Positions 14,727-26,299 of a stretch of 64,000 nucleotides of DNA are shown here, one piece after another (position 1 is the first letter of the stretch; each line of letters starts with the position of its first letter). The stretch lies in contig CAWCAG010000009.1 in assembly GCA_963793425.1 (NCBI GenBank), forward strand, positions 768,001 through 832,000, given 5' to 3'. Both the position numbers and the translations under genes were made by a program. The notes under the pieces were generated by a model. The model made no database searches and was not told the DNA's origin. It saw only the letters and a list, made by a program, of their open reading frames with translations. The stretch comes from an uncultured cyanobacterium. Lineage in GTDB: Bacteria; Cyanobacteriota; Cyanobacteriia; Cyanobacteriales; CAWCAG01.

Positions 14727-17300
14727 GTGGAGACTCAATATAACCCGTCGGCAATAGAGAAAAAGTGGCAGCAGAAATGGGCTGAACTTAAATTAGATCA
14801 GACATTAGAAGATAGCAACAAGCCTAAATTCTATGCCCTATCCATGTTTCCCTATCCATCGGGTAACCTCCATATGGGTCATGTACGCAACTATACGATT
14901 ACTGATGTGATTGCCCGTATGAAGCGGATGCAAGGTTATCGTGTACTTCATCCGATGGGTTGGGATGCCTTTGGTTTACCCGCCGAGAATGCTGCCATTA
15001 AAAACGGGGTTCACCCAGCGAAGTGGACTTACCAAAATATTGCTCAAATGAAAAAGCAACTTCAATCTTTAGGCTTTTCCTTAGACTGGGAAAGGGAAGT
15101 TGCCACTTGTTCCCCGGAGTATTATAGGTGGACTCAGTGGATCTTTTTACAGTTTTTCCAGGCTGACTTAGCCTACCAGAAAGAATCGGCGGTTAACTGG
15201 GACCCCGTTGACCAAACAGTTTTAGCCAATGAACAAGTAGATGCTTCCGGACGTTCTTGGCGCAGTGGGGCTATGGTGGAACGGAAGATGTTGCGCCAAT
15301 GGTTTTTGAAGATTACCGATTATGCAGAACAACTTCTTACGGATTTAGATAAATTAACAGGTTGGCCCGAACGGGTTAAACTGATGCAAGCTAACTGGAT
15401 TGGTAAATCTGTTGGGGCTTATTTAGAATTCCCGATTGTCGGTCGGAAAGAAAAAATTGGTGTTTTCACGACCAGACCCGATACTGTTTATGGTGTCAGC
15501 TATCTTGTTCTAGCTCCGGAACACCCCTTAACCGCAAAAGTTACTACTTCTGAACAAAAAGCGGCTGTGGAGGCTTTTATTGAGGAAGTGGCAGGGCAAA
15601 GCGAAATAGAAAGAACAGCAGAAGATAAACCAAAACGGGGGATTCCTACAGGGGGCAAAGCTATCAATCCCTTTAATGGGGAAGAAGTTCCCATTTTAAT
15701 TGCAGACTATGTCTTGTATGAATATGGTACGGGGGCGGTTATGGGTGTTCCCGCCCATGATACACGGGACTTTAAGTTTGCGAAAGAGAAGGATTTACCT
15801 ATTAAAGTTGTAGTTGTGCCGGAAGGAGAGGAAGATAATAACTCAGCTTTAACAGCAGCTTATACCGAAGCGGGAATGATGATTAATTCTGGCCCCTTCA
15901 ACGGCAAAGCTTCCTTGGCTGGTAAAGAAGCTGTAATTCAATATGCAGAAGAACAAGGTTACGGCAAAACCAGAATACAATACCGCCTTCGAGATTGGTT
16001 GATCTCCCGGCAACGCTATTGGGGTGTACCAATTCCCATGGTTCATTGCCCTAACTGTGGTATTGTTCCTGTACCAGAAAAAGACTTACCAGTAGAGTTA
16101 CCCGAAGATGTCAACTTTAGCGGTAAAGGCTCTCCTTTGGCACAATTAACAGACTGGGTTAATGTAGCTTGTCCTAGTTGTAGCGAACCAGCAAAGCGGG
16201 AAACCGATACTATGGATACCTTCATTGATTCTTCTTGGTATTTCCTCCGCTTCACCGATGCTCAAAATGAAGAGGAAATTTTTAATAAGGACAAGGTTAA
16301 TGAGTGGATGAATGTAGATCAATATGTGGGGGGCATTGAACACGCCATCTTGCATTTACTTTATTCTCGCTTTGTAACTAAAGTATTGCGCGATCGCAGC
16401 TTACTCAATTTTGATGAACCTTTCCAACGTCTTTTAACCCAAGGTATGGTGCAAGGGCAAACCTACTTAAACCCCAACAAGCCCGGTAAGGATAAATGGA
16501 TTCCTTCTGCTTTAGTTAATGCAGAAAACCCTGTTGATCCCAATACGGGAGAAGCTTTAGACATGGTTTATGCAACCATGTCTAAATCCAAAGGTAATGG
16601 TGTTGCACCGGAAGATGTTATTGCTAAATACGGCGTTGACACTGCCAGAATGTTTATTTTGTTCAAAGCCCCGCCGGAAAAGGATTTAGAATGGGAAGAT
16701 GCGGATGTTGAAGGGCAATTCCGTTTCTTAAATCGGGTGTGGCGTTTGGTAACAGACTTTGCTGCAAAGTCTCCTAGTGAGAAGAAGCAAAAATCTGCCA
16801 AGATGAACAAAGCAGAAAAAGACTTGCGTCGCGCTATCCACCTTGCCATCAAAGAAGTTAGCGAAGACTTACAAGGAGATTACCAATTTAATACCGCCAT
16901 TTCTGAATTAATGAAACTCAGCAATGCCCTTGGAGATGCCAAGATATCAGATTCACTAGTTTATCAAGAAGGCATTGAAACCTTACTCCAACTCTTAGCA
17001 CCCTTTGCCCCCCATATTACCGAGGAATTGTGGCAAACAATCGGTAAAAGTGATTTAGTTAATCAACAAAGTTGGCCAAAATTTGACCCTCAAGCTTTGC
17101 AAGTAGATGAGATTACTTTAGTGATTCAAATTATGGGTAAAACTCGCGGTACAATTCAAGCCCCAGCCAACTTAAGCAAGTCAGAATTAGAAGACTTTGC
17201 CCGTAACTCAGATGTGGCACAACGGTATATTGGGGATAAGGAAATTAAGAAGGTAATTGTTGTACCCAACAAGCTAGTTAACTTTGTCGTTCCTAAGTAA
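14727..17300 (+). CDS. leuS: leucine--tRNA ligase
   Basis: [13 protein letters not shown] (HIGH motif) and TMSKS (KMSKS motif). Confidence 0.97.
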   Translation: METQYNPSAIEKKWQQKWAELKLDQTLEDSNKPKFYALSMFPYPSGNLHMGHVRNYTITDVIARMKRMQGYRVLHPMGWDAFGLPAENAAIKNGVHPAKWTYQNIAQMKKQLQSLGFSLDWEREVATCSPEYYRWTQWIFLQFFQADLAYQKESAVNWDPVDQTVLANEQVDASGRSWRSGAMVERKMLRQWFLKITDYAEQLLTDLDKLTGWPERVKLMQANWIGKSVGAYLEFPIVGRKEKIGVFTTRPDTVYGVSYLVLAPEHPLTAKVTTSEQKAAVEAFIEEVAGQSEIERTAEDKPKRGIPTGGKAINPFNGEEVPILIADYVLYEYGTGAVMGVPAHDTRDFKFAKEKDLPIKVVVVPEGEEDNNSALTAAYTEAGMMINSGPFNGKASLAGKEAVIQYAEEQGYGKTRIQYRLRDWLISRQRYWGVPIPMVHCPNCGIVPVPEKDLPVELPEDVNFSGKGSPLAQLTDWVNVACPSCSEPAKRETDTMDTFIDSSWYFLRFTDAQNEEEIFNKDKVNEWMNVDQYVGGIEHAILHLLYSRFVTKVLRDRSLLNFDEPFQRLLTQGMVQGQTYLNPNKPGKDKWIPSALVNAENPVDPNTGEALDMVYATMSKSKGNGVAPEDVIAKYGVDTARMFILFKAPPEKDLEWEDADVEGQFRFLNRVWRLVTDFAAKSPSEKKQKSAKMNKAEKDLRRAIHLAIKEVSEDLQGDYQFNTAISELMKLSNALGDAKISDSLVYQEGIETLLQLLAPFAPHITEELWQTIGKSDLVNQQSWPKFDPQALQVDEITLVIQIMGKTRGTIQAPANLSKSELEDFARNSDVAQRYIGDKEIKKVIVVPNKLVNFVVPK

Positions 17301-17334
17301 CTATTCAATAATCAATGATCAAGACGAAGCCATG

Positions 17335-17634
17335 TTACAGTATGATTTGTCCGCTCTTCCTACCGCTGAAGAATTACCTTCCACTGACTTTAAACCCGTG
17401 GATAATGAATTACAAAGGGCTGTTCCTTTTCTACTCCATCAAATACTGCACTTTATTTGGCAAAATCGCGAAGACTTCTTCTTTGGTATGGACATTGGTT
17501 ACTACTACGACTCAGGGCAACCTGCTATTTCCCCTGATGGCTTTTTGAGTCTTGGTGTCCCGAAAAGGAAAAGACAAACCAAAAATCCTAGCAAAGATTG
17601 GCGTTTAAGCTATGTATTGTGGGAAGAACTATAA
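17335..17634 (+). pseudogene. Uma2-family endonuclease, N-terminal fragment
   Basis: LPTAEELPSTDFKPVDNELQ...PDGFLSLGV...LSYVLWEE ends before the catalytic ExxS region. Confidence 0.75.
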
Positions 17635-17653
17635 AGAAAACAATTTTCAGCTA

Positions 17654-18352
17654 TTAATTCCTTAACTCTGTCAACTTCTGAGCTACATTCTGAATATCTT
17701 GCCACATCAACCACTTCGGCTTACCTTTTTCCCGCGAAGGATTGCGTAATAAATAAGCAGGATGAAAAATTGCCATGCAAGCCCTGCCTTGCCATTCTAA
17801 CCATTGACCCCGCACTTTCGTAATACCTCTTTTTTCCCCTGTCAATGCTTTTAAAGCTGTCGCCCCGGTAAAAAGAATAATCTTCGGATCTATCAGACGA
17901 ATTTGTTCTAAAAGATAGGGTGTGCAAGACTCAATCTCTTTCGCCACAGGAGTTCGATTTCCAGGAGGGCGACATTTAACCACATTCGCAATATAAATAT
18001 CTTGTTCCGTATCTAGTTTCACTGAAGCTAAAATCTTTTCTAACAATTGCCCAGACTTCCCTACAAAAGGTAAACCTGTCTCATCTTCTTGTTGTCCAGG
18101 CCCTTCACCAATAACCATTATATCTGCTTGATGGTTGCCTCGCCCCACAACAACATTTGTACGACTTAAACTTAATTCACAACGCTGGCACTGTTGGCAA
18201 TGATTAGTTAGCTGTTCTAGATTTTGATAAGTATTTTGGGGAATAGGGATATTAGCATCAGTAGGAATCAAATCGAACTCAGACTCTGTAAGAGATGGAG
18301 TCTGCTCAATATCTGAGTTATCAAAAAGACTAAATTGTTGAACCTCGGTCAT
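17654..18352 (-). CDS. uracil-DNA glycosylase family 4
   Basis: CQQCQRC Fe-S ligands plus GEGPG, KCRPP and HPAYLLR. Start taken at MTEVQQFSLF. Confidence 0.92.
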   Translation of the reverse strand: MTEVQQFSLFDNSDIEQTPSLTESEFDLIPTDANIPIPQNTYQNLEQLTNHCQQCQRCELSLSRTNVVVGRGNHQADIMVIGEGPGQQEDETGLPFVGKSGQLLEKILASVKLDTEQDIYIANVVKCRPPGNRTPVAKEIESCTPYLLEQIRLIDPKIILFTGATALKALTGEKRGITKVRGQWLEWQGRACMAIFHPAYLLRNPSREKGKPKWLMWQDIQNVAQKLTELRN

Positions 18353-18572
18353 TGCCTTCGGTAGTTGCTGGTTTGCGATCGCAGTTCTTGTGATTATACC
18401 GCTTCTTGACAAATCCACTGGCATTGAGGAAAAAATCTCCCCTAGCTTCCCATATCTTGATACATAGACATTCAAAACCAGCAGTTATCTATTTTACAAA
18501 AAAGATTTAGTATTAAATTGTCTGTTTACATACAAATAGAATAATGTCAATTTCGGGAGGGGGAAAACAACC

Positions 18573-19259
18573 ATGTCAACAGCTACCCAGTTTAAGGATC
18601 GCCTCAGTGCAGGAGAACAGCTAGGTGAAAAAATAGTTATGGAAATGACTCAGCTAAGATTAGAAGAAATCTGGGCTAGTCCGATTGTTTATGCCCTGCC
18701 TAGAGGTGGCGTTAGTGTTGCTGTTCCCCTTGCCCAACAACTCAATTGTGCTTTAGAGGTGGTGGTTGCAAAAAAAATCTCCTTGCCTGAGAACCCAGAA
18801 TTAGCTGTTGGGGCGCTTACGAATGAAGGGCAAGTCCTTTGGACTTATTCTCAAAGCTTAAAAGAGCAAACCCCTCAACAGCTAAAAGCTGCCCAATACG
18901 AAGCAGAAAGAAGAGCAGCCAGCCAGCACCAATTATTTGCTGATTTTGATCTCAAGATTAATCCTCAAGGGGCGATCGCTATTTTAGTAGATGATGGCAT
19001 CGCCACGGGAATGACGATGGCAGTAGCGATCCAAACCTTGAGAACCTATTCTCCTGCCCAAATCTGGCTTTGCGCTCCTGTAGCACCACGAGAATTAATT
19101 GATAAGCTTAGAAGTTGGTGCGATCGCTTGATTATTTTGGAAACCCCCCATCCTTTTCATAGTGTTAGCCGCTTTTATGAAAAGTTTGATCAAGTGGAGG
19201 ATGAGCAGGCTTTGGCTTATTTGGAAGAACATAGACAGTATTTAGAGTCTAGTTTTTAA
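18573..19259 (+). CDS. phosphoribosyltransferase family protein
   Basis: LPRGG and the PRPP-binding motif LVDDGIATGMT. Confidence 0.9.
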   Translation: MSTATQFKDRLSAGEQLGEKIVMEMTQLRLEEIWASPIVYALPRGGVSVAVPLAQQLNCALEVVVAKKISLPENPELAVGALTNEGQVLWTYSQSLKEQTPQQLKAAQYEAERRAASQHQLFADFDLKINPQGAIAILVDDGIATGMTMAVAIQTLRTYSPAQIWLCAPVAPRELIDKLRSWCDRLIILETPHPFHSVSRFYEKFDQVEDEQALAYLEEHRQYLESSF

Positions 19260-19289
19260 AGTATTAAGTAATAAGTTATGAACAAAGAT

Positions 19290-19886
19290 TCAATTTAAAA
19301 GTAAGCTGGAAGTTTGTAAAATACTATAGCCGAGAAAAGCAAATATCAGGGTGATTAAAAAGCTCAGAAAATAACTCACACACATTAGTAAACCATCAGC
19401 TTCTAACATGGCTATGGCTAAAAAGAGAATGCCTATTGTGGGCATAAAGTTTGTGAAAGGTAAGGGCAAGATTAATAAAATAGTTAGCCAAGCAATACAA
19501 ACTCCATTTAAGCGCCAAATGTAGGGATTTTTAGCTAACCCCAACAAGCGAGGACGAACAAATTTTTCTAAAAACTGAGTAATACTTTTCAGTTTTTGTA
19601 ACAATTTGATTGTGATTTTTTGTGGAAACTGATAATTACTGACTCGCTTCGGTAGCCACAAATTATTTTTACCTAAAGCCATTTGTATAGCTAACAAAAA
19701 ACACCCTAATCCCAAAATACTTGCTGAGCCGGGGGGCATAGGGACTAAAAAAGGTAAAACTAATAAAGCAATGACTAAAGTTATTCCTCGCTGAGAAGTT
19801 TCTTGTAAAACATCTTTAATAGTCAGAGGTTGATGAGTTAGTGCCTCAAGCAAATATTCAATGTCTTGAGAAAAATTGAGATACAT
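19290..19886 (-). CDS. exopolysaccharide biosynthesis protein ExoD family
   Basis: Hydrophobic protein with LPFLVPMPPG, LWLPK, PLPFTN and EADG. Confidence 0.85.
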   Translation of the reverse strand: MYLNFSQDIEYLLEALTHQPLTIKDVLQETSQRGITLVIALLVLPFLVPMPPGSASILGLGCFLLAIQMALGKNNLWLPKRVSNYQFPQKITIKLLQKLKSITQFLEKFVRPRLLGLAKNPYIWRLNGVCIAWLTILLILPLPFTNFMPTIGILFLAIAMLEADGLLMCVSYFLSFLITLIFAFLGYSILQTSSLLLN

Positions 19887-19959
19887 AAAATGGTTCTCAT
19901 GAAAATGATGTCTATTACAATATTTAGATATTTGCTAATTACTGATTGAAATTCAATCT

Positions 19960-21750
19960 TCATAAACCATAAATCCAAATAATTAGTAAAGGCGTAATAA
20001 TAGTTAGTAACAAATTAAGACCAGCTCCAAAACGGGTAAAATCAAAAAACTTATAGTTTCCTGGCCCATAAACCATCGTATTAGTTTGGTAACCAATAGG
20101 AGTCATAAAACTTGTTGAAGCAGCGAAAGTTACAGCAAACATGAAAGCAAGTGGATTAAGTTCTAAAGTTTTAGCCACCTCCACAGCAATAGGCAGCATC
20201 AAAACGACTGAAGCATTGTTAGAGAGAATTTCTGTTAACAAAGAGGTAGTTAAATAGAAAAGAGTCAAAACCCAATAGCCAGATAAATTCCCTCCTAAAA
20301 CAACCAAATTATCTGCTAACCAAGCCGTTGCCCCAGAATTATCCATGGCAATGCCTAAAGGAATTAAACCGGCTAGAAGAAATATGACATCCCAACGTAC
20401 AGCACTATAAATTTCCCCTGGTTTCAGACAGCCTGTAATAATCATTAAAACTACCCCAGCTAGCGCACTAACCAAAATTGGTACTAAGTCAGCAGCAGCT
20501 AAGGCGACTACTGCCATGATGATAGCAATGGCAATAGGAGCCTTATCAGTACGTAAACTTTCCAAATCTCCTTGTTCAATTACCAATAGTTCTTTAGTGG
20601 TTTGTAAACCTAAAAAGCTTTGTCTTGGGGCTTGAATGAGTAATAAATCTCCAAAACGCAAAGGCACTCTGCCTAATCTTTTGCGGACAAATTCCTGTCC
20701 TCTACGGATAGCGATTACCGTAGCATTATAACGTTGGCGAAAACGTAAATCTTTGAGGGTAGAACCGATTAAATGAGAATTAGATAAAATCAAAACTTCC
20801 CCGACTTTTTCTTCTCCTGAAGTTAGTTCTACCTCCAAAGAACCTTGACCAAATTCTACATCTGGTAGTATATCAATTCCTCTTTCATCTTTAATGTTTA
20901 ATAAGTCATCTCGACTTCCCCGGACAATTAAAATATCTCCAGCGGAAAGCACTTTATCAGCTAAAGGTTGAGGGAAACGGTTATCATCGTGGATAATTTC
21001 TAGGATGTCTAAATCAAACTTACGTTGGATTTGACTTTGGCTCAAAGTTTGGCCTATCAAACTAGAACGAGGGAGAACAACCACCTCACTAACATAATCT
21101 TTTAAACCATATTCTTGCCCGACTAAATCACTATTAGCTTTTTTACGATCTGGTAAAAATCTTGGTGCAGCTAAAGTGAGATAAGTTAAACCAATACAGA
21201 AAGTAGCAAGACCCAAAGGAGTAAATTGGAAAATACTAAATTCTCCATATCCTAACTGTTTTGATAAGCCACTAGCGAGGATATTTGTGGAAGTACCAAT
21301 AACAGTAATCATTCCTCCTAAAATGGAAATATAAGAAAGAGGAATTAGGAGTTTAGAAACAGAAATTCCTTGTTTTTTTCCCCATTCTTCAACAATGGGC
21401 AGAAACACAGCTACCACAGCAGTATTGTTGATTAAAGCAGAAATGGGGCCAACAACAACACCCATGATCAAAATCTGTTGAGTTGGGTTTTGTCCTCCAA
21501 ATTGTATCAGCCAATCTCGAATTACCTGAACTACCCCTGTACGAGTAACTCCAGCGCTAAGAATAAACATCGCCATTACTGTGATGGTGGCAGCATTACC
21601 AAAACCAGAAATGCCTTCTTCTGGTTCAACTAATCCTAGTAACATCAAAATGACTGTCACTAAAATAGCGGTAATATCTACAGGTAGCCACTCAGTGATA
21701 AACAGTACTAAAGCCAAAACCAAGACGCTGAGGGTAAGAAGAATTGTCAT
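19960..21750 (-). CDS. SLC13/CitMHS-type permease with TrkA-C domains
   Basis: Motifs INNTAVV, IGTSTN and TPIGYQTN, with two TrkA-C repeats. Confidence 0.9.
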   Translation of the reverse strand: MTILLTLSVLVLALVLFITEWLPVDITAILVTVILMLLGLVEPEEGISGFGNAATITVMAMFILSAGVTRTGVVQVIRDWLIQFGGQNPTQQILIMGVVVGPISALINNTAVVAVFLPIVEEWGKKQGISVSKLLIPLSYISILGGMITVIGTSTNILASGLSKQLGYGEFSIFQFTPLGLATFCIGLTYLTLAAPRFLPDRKKANSDLVGQEYGLKDYVSEVVVLPRSSLIGQTLSQSQIQRKFDLDILEIIHDDNRFPQPLADKVLSAGDILIVRGSRDDLLNIKDERGIDILPDVEFGQGSLEVELTSGEEKVGEVLILSNSHLIGSTLKDLRFRQRYNATVIAIRRGQEFVRKRLGRVPLRFGDLLLIQAPRQSFLGLQTTKELLVIEQGDLESLRTDKAPIAIAIIMAVVALAAADLVPILVSALAGVVLMIITGCLKPGEIYSAVRWDVIFLLAGLIPLGIAMDNSGATAWLADNLVVLGGNLSGYWVLTLFYLTTSLLTEILSNNASVVLMLPIAVEVAKTLELNPLAFMFAVTFAASTSFMTPIGYQTNTMVYGPGNYKFFDFTRFGAGLNLLLTIITPLLIIWIYGL

Positions 21751-21969
21751 GCTAAGGGGAAAAAGAATATAGTGTTTCGTTGAGGTTTTTAATTAACTTG
21801 TTTGAACTTGAGAAAGTATATATCTTTTAACCCAAAATAGCGACTATATTTAGTTAGTCAATAGTTCCCATTTCCCTCCCTAACTCCTGAAGTGATAGAT
21901 TTGTGCTATAAATGCAGCTTTTTATCTTAAAAAGTCAACTAAATCAAAGCTGTAAGGGAGTAAGATTTT

Positions 21970-22911
21970 ATGTCTGAAGAACGTCAAGAACAAACATCCT
22001 CAACCGTTAAGGCAGCTAATCAATCTTTTCTGAAAGCCCAAACTATCAAAACTCTGCGGGGAACGATTAATGTCCTAGAAGGAGTAGTAGATAAGCTAGA
22101 AGCTGAACCTGAAACACAAATTGCTACTACGATTAGTAGCGAAGAAGTTGGGGAAATTACAGAAGAGTTTAACCAAGAAGTTACTACTTTCCCGACACCA
22201 GAACCGATAGAAGAAGTTCCGACACAATTAGTTGAAGCGGAAACAACAGAAGTTAAGCAAGAAACTCCCCCTGGTAAAACCAGATTTTTCGATAAAATTT
22301 TGCCCAATTTCCCGACAGTAGAAACTTGGTGGGATGATAATTTGGATAAAATCCGTTCTTTGTTACCGACATCAGTAAGCGAGAAGCTTTCTGATTGGGG
22401 TTTGACAGGAATTTTAGTGACAATTGTGGTGATTATGTTGTGGACTGGGGTGGCTTTATTGCCTCAAAGAGATGTTCAAATAGCCCAGGAACAAGAAACC
22501 TTACCTCCTTTGATAGAAGCACCTCAAGAATTAAGCGCCCCACAAGAACCACAACCTATACAAGAACTTCCTCCCCCTCCTCCTCCAGAACCAAAATTAA
22601 CCCCAGAACAGGGCTTGATTGCAGCAATTCAAAAACAAACAGCAGAAATTACTAATCAATATGCAGAAGGTTTGGTTAACTCCATTGAAGCAGATTTTGT
22701 TGGTAGTAATTTAACAGTTAAAGTCAGTGATGATTGGTATGAATTAACTCCTTTTCGCCAATCTAAGCTAGCTAATAAAATGTTAGCTAAGGCTCAGAAT
22801 TTAGATTTTAGTAAGTTGAAAATAACGACCAGAGAAGGGAAACTTTTGGCTCGTAGCCCGGTGATTGGTTCGGATATGATTATTTTAGAAAGGCAGGCTG
22901 TTCCAAAATAG
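21970..22911 (+). CDS. hypothetical single-pass membrane protein with Pro/Glu-rich linker
   Basis: 313-aa ORF with one TM segment and a C-terminal LTPEQ...LLARSPVIG domain. Confidence 0.75.
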   Translation: MSEERQEQTSSTVKAANQSFLKAQTIKTLRGTINVLEGVVDKLEAEPETQIATTISSEEVGEITEEFNQEVTTFPTPEPIEEVPTQLVEAETTEVKQETPPGKTRFFDKILPNFPTVETWWDDNLDKIRSLLPTSVSEKLSDWGLTGILVTIVVIMLWTGVALLPQRDVQIAQEQETLPPLIEAPQELSAPQEPQPIQELPPPPPPEPKLTPEQGLIAAIQKQTAEITNQYAEGLVNSIEADFVGSNLTVKVSDDWYELTPFRQSKLANKMLAKAQNLDFSKLKITTREGKLLARSPVIGSDMIILERQAVPK

Positions 22912-22926
22912 AGAAAAGGAAAGAAA

Positions 22927-24480
22927 TCAGGGAGCATACTTATCTGCAAATAACCAACTATTGTTTTGTTGATTCCAAACCAGTTCAATGCGAGATTTAG
23001 GATCTTTGTAGAAAGTTCCCTTTTTCATATTGTAGCTAAGTTGAGCTTCGATAATAGCTTTAGCTTCATTCTGTTCAATAACCTTGATTTCACCAACATT
23101 AATACTATCCACACTATCCCACCAATCCTGATAGCTACTAAATCCCCCTGATTTAGCTTGGAATCCTGGGGTTAGATTATTCCAGGTACGGTTATAAAAG
23201 CGGTTATTAAGAGCGGTATAGTGATTTGAGATGAAGTTATTTGGTGAAGGTCTTGGTTGGGTAGAAGCATCATCAACTTCTTCTTCTTGGGGTACTTCCG
23301 GAGATTGAGGTTGAGGGATAGGAGTTACTGGAGTTACTGGAGTTACTGGAGTTACTGGTCTAGGAGAAGGTTCATTACTAGTATCATTAGTTGTCAGAGT
23401 ATTTTCTACTTCTGTATCCGGTTCGCCAGAAGACACCACTTCGTTTTGGTCTTGAACTGAGGGTTTAATCAAAAACAAACCCATTAACAAAAATACCCCA
23501 ACCACACCTCCAGTCAAGACAGCTTTTTGCCAGTCTCTCATGGCATTGCTTCTCTGTTCTACAGCGGCAACTAAAGTTGGAGATTCTTGGGGAGAAACAA
23601 AGTTGATGGGGGCAGAAACTTCTGTTCTTTCTTGAGGAGGTAAGGTTTTTGTTCCTGTTCCTCCTTGTAACACCTCCAACATTTCCTTGGTACTAGAATA
23701 GCGATCGCGAGGATGATATTGCACAGCCCGATCTAAAATTTCTGCAAAGCTAGAACTTACTCCTGGGGCATATTGATGCCAAAAAACTGTTCCTGTTTGA
23801 GGGTCAGTTCCCAATTCCTGGGGGATCTTGCCCGTCAAGCTATAAATAGCCGTCAACCCCAAACTATAAATATCACTAGGATAAATCGGTCTTCCTGCAC
23901 TTTGTTCCCCTGGCATATAACCTGGAGTACCAATCACAATAGAACTAGCACTATGACCAGAAGCTGTAAACACTGTTCCCATTGCTTCTTTCACCGCGCC
24001 AAAATCAATGAGAACTGGGGAATAATCTACTGAACGCAAAATAATGTTATCAGGTTTGATATCCCGATGAATAATACGCTTACTATGAACATAGTCGAGG
24101 ACTGGTAGAATCTCCAGCAAAATTTCCCTAACAGAACTCTCACTGAGAATTCCTCCATTTTGTACCTGGGCAGTAATAGTTGCTCCTTCGATATATTCTT
24201 GAACCAAGTAAAATTGACCAGCGTTTTCAAAATAAGCATACAAGCGAGGAATGCGAGTATGTCCTTCTCCCAATTCCTCTAAGATAACTGCTTCGCGTTG
24301 AAACCGTTCTTTTGCTAACTGATAGACTTGGGGATTATTGCTAAGGGGTTTGAGTTGTTTAATGACGCAGCGACGACCTGAAGGCATATAGGTATCTTCA
24401 GCCAGAAAAGTATCCCCAAACCCTCCAGTCCCCAAAGGGCGAATAATTTGATAGCGATTTTCTAAGGTTTGCAGCGTCAT
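22927..24480 (-). CDS. Ser/Thr protein kinase with TM segment and extracytoplasmic domain
   Basis: Motifs GTGGFG, HRDIKPDN, DFG and GTPGYM. Confidence 0.93.
   Translation of the reverse strand: MTLQTLENRYQIIRPLGTGGFGDTFLAEDTYMPSGRRCVIKQLKPLSNNPQVYQLAKERFQREAVILEELGEGHTRIPRLYAYFENAGQFYLVQEYIEGATITAQVQNGGILSESSVREILLEILPVLDYVHSKRIIHRDIKPDNIILRSVDYSPVLIDFGAVKEAMGTVFTASGHSASSIVIGTPGYMPGEQSAGRPIYPSDIYSLGLTAIYSLTGKIPQELGTDPQTGTVFWHQYAPGVSSSFAEILDRAVQYHPRDRYSSTKEMLEVLQGGTGTKTLPPQERTEVSAPINFVSPQESPTLVAAVEQRSNAMRDWQKAVLTGGVVGVFLLMGLFLIKPSVQDQNEVVSSGEPDTEVENTLTTNDTSNEPSPRPVTPVTPVTPVTPIPQPQSPEVPQEEEVDDASTQPRPSPNNFISNHYTALNNRFYNRTWNNLTPGFQAKSGGFSSYQDWWDSVDSINVGEIKVIEQNEAKAIIEAQLSYNMKKGTFYKDPKSRIELVWNQQNNSWLFADKYAP
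23321..23358. repeat. 9-bp tandem repeat (GGAGTTACT)x4 encoding PVT repeats in the kinase linker
   Basis: Directly visible tandem repeat. Confidence 0.85.
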
Positions 24481-24616
24481 GGTATCTCACCCCTGTCAGG
24501 GACTTATAAAGTTTTGCGATTGTGAGATGCTCCCAACTCCAATATTATGTTTTACACTGTTGCAAGTTCATTTTCCGCTCAAGGTCTGAAAAATAAGCAT
24601 TTAGTTAAAATCGCTC

Positions 24617-25582
24617 CTAAAAACTGACTTCAATACCTCTACTTCTTAACCTTTGCATAAAAAACTCTTCTAAGGAAGTACGAGCGAGATCCATACTGAT
24701 TAATTGGGCATCCATAAGACGTAGAGTAGCAATGAATTCTTGAGGTTCTCCTTGTAGTTGACCATACCAAAAATCTTCTTTAAACCTCAAGTTAGCCACC
24801 CAACGTTGGAGAATGTCAACATTTCCTCCTTTACCTTTAACCTGATAAGCATTAATAGAACCAAGAAGTTCATCTAAAGAACCGACACAAATAAGTTCTC
24901 CCCTGGCCAAAATAGCGATGCGATCGCAGATTTTTTCTACATCTCCTAAAACATGAGAGTTAAAGAAAATGGTCTTTCCTTGTTCTTTCAAGGAAAGAAT
25001 TATTTCCCGCATTTGGTAGCGCCCTAGAGGATCTAATCCTGACATTGGTTCGTCTAAAAAAACCACATCGGGGTTATTAATCAAAGCTTGGGCCATACCA
25101 ATTCTTTGTAGCATTCCCTTAGAATACTGGCGCAGTTGTTTATTACGAGTAGCAGATTGAGTTAAGCCAACTAAATCTATTAGTTGAGGAATGCGTTTTT
25201 TCTGTTGGGAGGGAGGAATTTGGAATAGTCCTGCGGTGTATTCTAGAAATTCCCAGCCTGTAAGAAAGTCATAAAAATAGGGGTTTTCGGGAAGATAGCC
25301 AATCTGTTCTTTGACCTGGCGGTTGCCGAGGGGTTGCCCTAATAACCTAGCTTTTCCTGAAGTAGGGCGAACAATCCCCAGTAGGGTTTTCAACAAAGTT
25401 GTTTTTCCTGCACCATTGGGGCCTAGCAAACCGAAGGTTTCCCCTTCTTGAACCTCTATTGAAAAGTTTTTCAGAGATTCTATCTTCTGGTTTAACCAAA
25501 AACCAGTACGATAAATTTTGCCAAGTTGCCAAGTTTGCACCACTGGAATTGCTTTAGGCGAGTTAACTGGTACGATCGTCAT
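24617..25582 (-). CDS. ABC transporter ATP-binding protein
   Basis: Motifs GPNGAGKTT, YSKGM and LDEP. Confidence 0.93.
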   Translation of the reverse strand: MTIVPVNSPKAIPVVQTWQLGKIYRTGFWLNQKIESLKNFSIEVQEGETFGLLGPNGAGKTTLLKTLLGIVRPTSGKARLLGQPLGNRQVKEQIGYLPENPYFYDFLTGWEFLEYTAGLFQIPPSQQKKRIPQLIDLVGLTQSATRNKQLRQYSKGMLQRIGMAQALINNPDVVFLDEPMSGLDPLGRYQMREIILSLKEQGKTIFFNSHVLGDVEKICDRIAILARGELICVGSLDELLGSINAYQVKGKGGNVDILQRWVANLRFKEDFWYGQLQGEPQEFIATLRLMDAQLISMDLARTSLEEFFMQRLRSRGIEVSF

Positions 25583-25661
25583 TCTTTATGTTGATTGCTC
25601 TTTGTTTCTTGTCCTATGCTCTTATAATTAAGTATAGGTTTGTAGAGTATCAAGGATAAAA

Positions 25662-25817
25662 ATGGAGCGAGGTAAAATTATTGCCGTTTTTACTGGGGCG
25701 ATATCGGTGTTGATTGCGATCGCTTATTTAATTCTCGTACAATTGCTAGATTTTCGTGGTGAGATGATTCCGGCCCCCATGGTATTGGGTTCACTGTTAT
25801 TAATTGAGTTTAGCTGA
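25662..25817 (+). CDS. small conserved cyanobacterial membrane protein, 51 aa, not in ORF track
   Basis: Manual translation MERGKIIAVFTGAISVLIAIAYLILVQLLDFRGEMIPAPMVLGSLLLIEFS, with an AAGGA RBS. Confidence 0.75.
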   Translation: MERGKIIAVFTGAISVLIAIAYLILVQLLDFRGEMIPAPMVLGSLLLIEFS

Positions 25818-25849
25818 TTAGCTAAGTAGGAGTTAGGGAGTTAAGGATT

Positions 25850-26251
25850 TTAACTCTGTAGTTGTTTTGAAAGTTGATTTTTTTCTATATACCTGTAGGC
25901 GATCACCCCTAAGTTAACTACTAAACAGGTGCTACCAAGTCCGAATAGAACAAAAGTTTGGATTTGAACAACTCCAATTACAAACCAAGTTGCTACATGG
26001 CAAACCATAATCACAGCTAAACTGACAGCTAGGGTAACTGCCAGGTAGAGGTGAGATGAAGGACGGCGTAGCAGCAAATAGAGCAGGGTTTGTGAGGTTG
26101 CTAGTAAGTTAGCTGGTACTAAAAAAGCACAAATGGCAATGCAGTTGCTACGGGAAAATTCAAATAAGGAGGAAGTATCTAACATATTTCCCATTGTAAA
26201 GTCTTTTTCACTGGGTAAGGAACAACAAACGGCAAACCTCACCCAAGCCAT
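25850..26251 (-). CDS. hypothetical membrane protein (start probably internal)
   Basis: Hydrophobic ORF with CIAICAFLVPANL and HVATWFVIGVV. Confidence 0.7.
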   Translation of the reverse strand: MAWVRFAVCCSLPSEKDFTMGNMLDTSSLFEFSRSNCIAICAFLVPANLLATSQTLLYLLLRRPSSHLYLAVTLAVSLAVIMVCHVATWFVIGVVQIQTFVLFGLGSTCLVVNLGVIAYRYIEKNQLSKQLQS

Positions 26252-26299
26252 TGTATCCTACATACTTGTGTATCACTTCAAGAAAGGATCGGGTAAATA

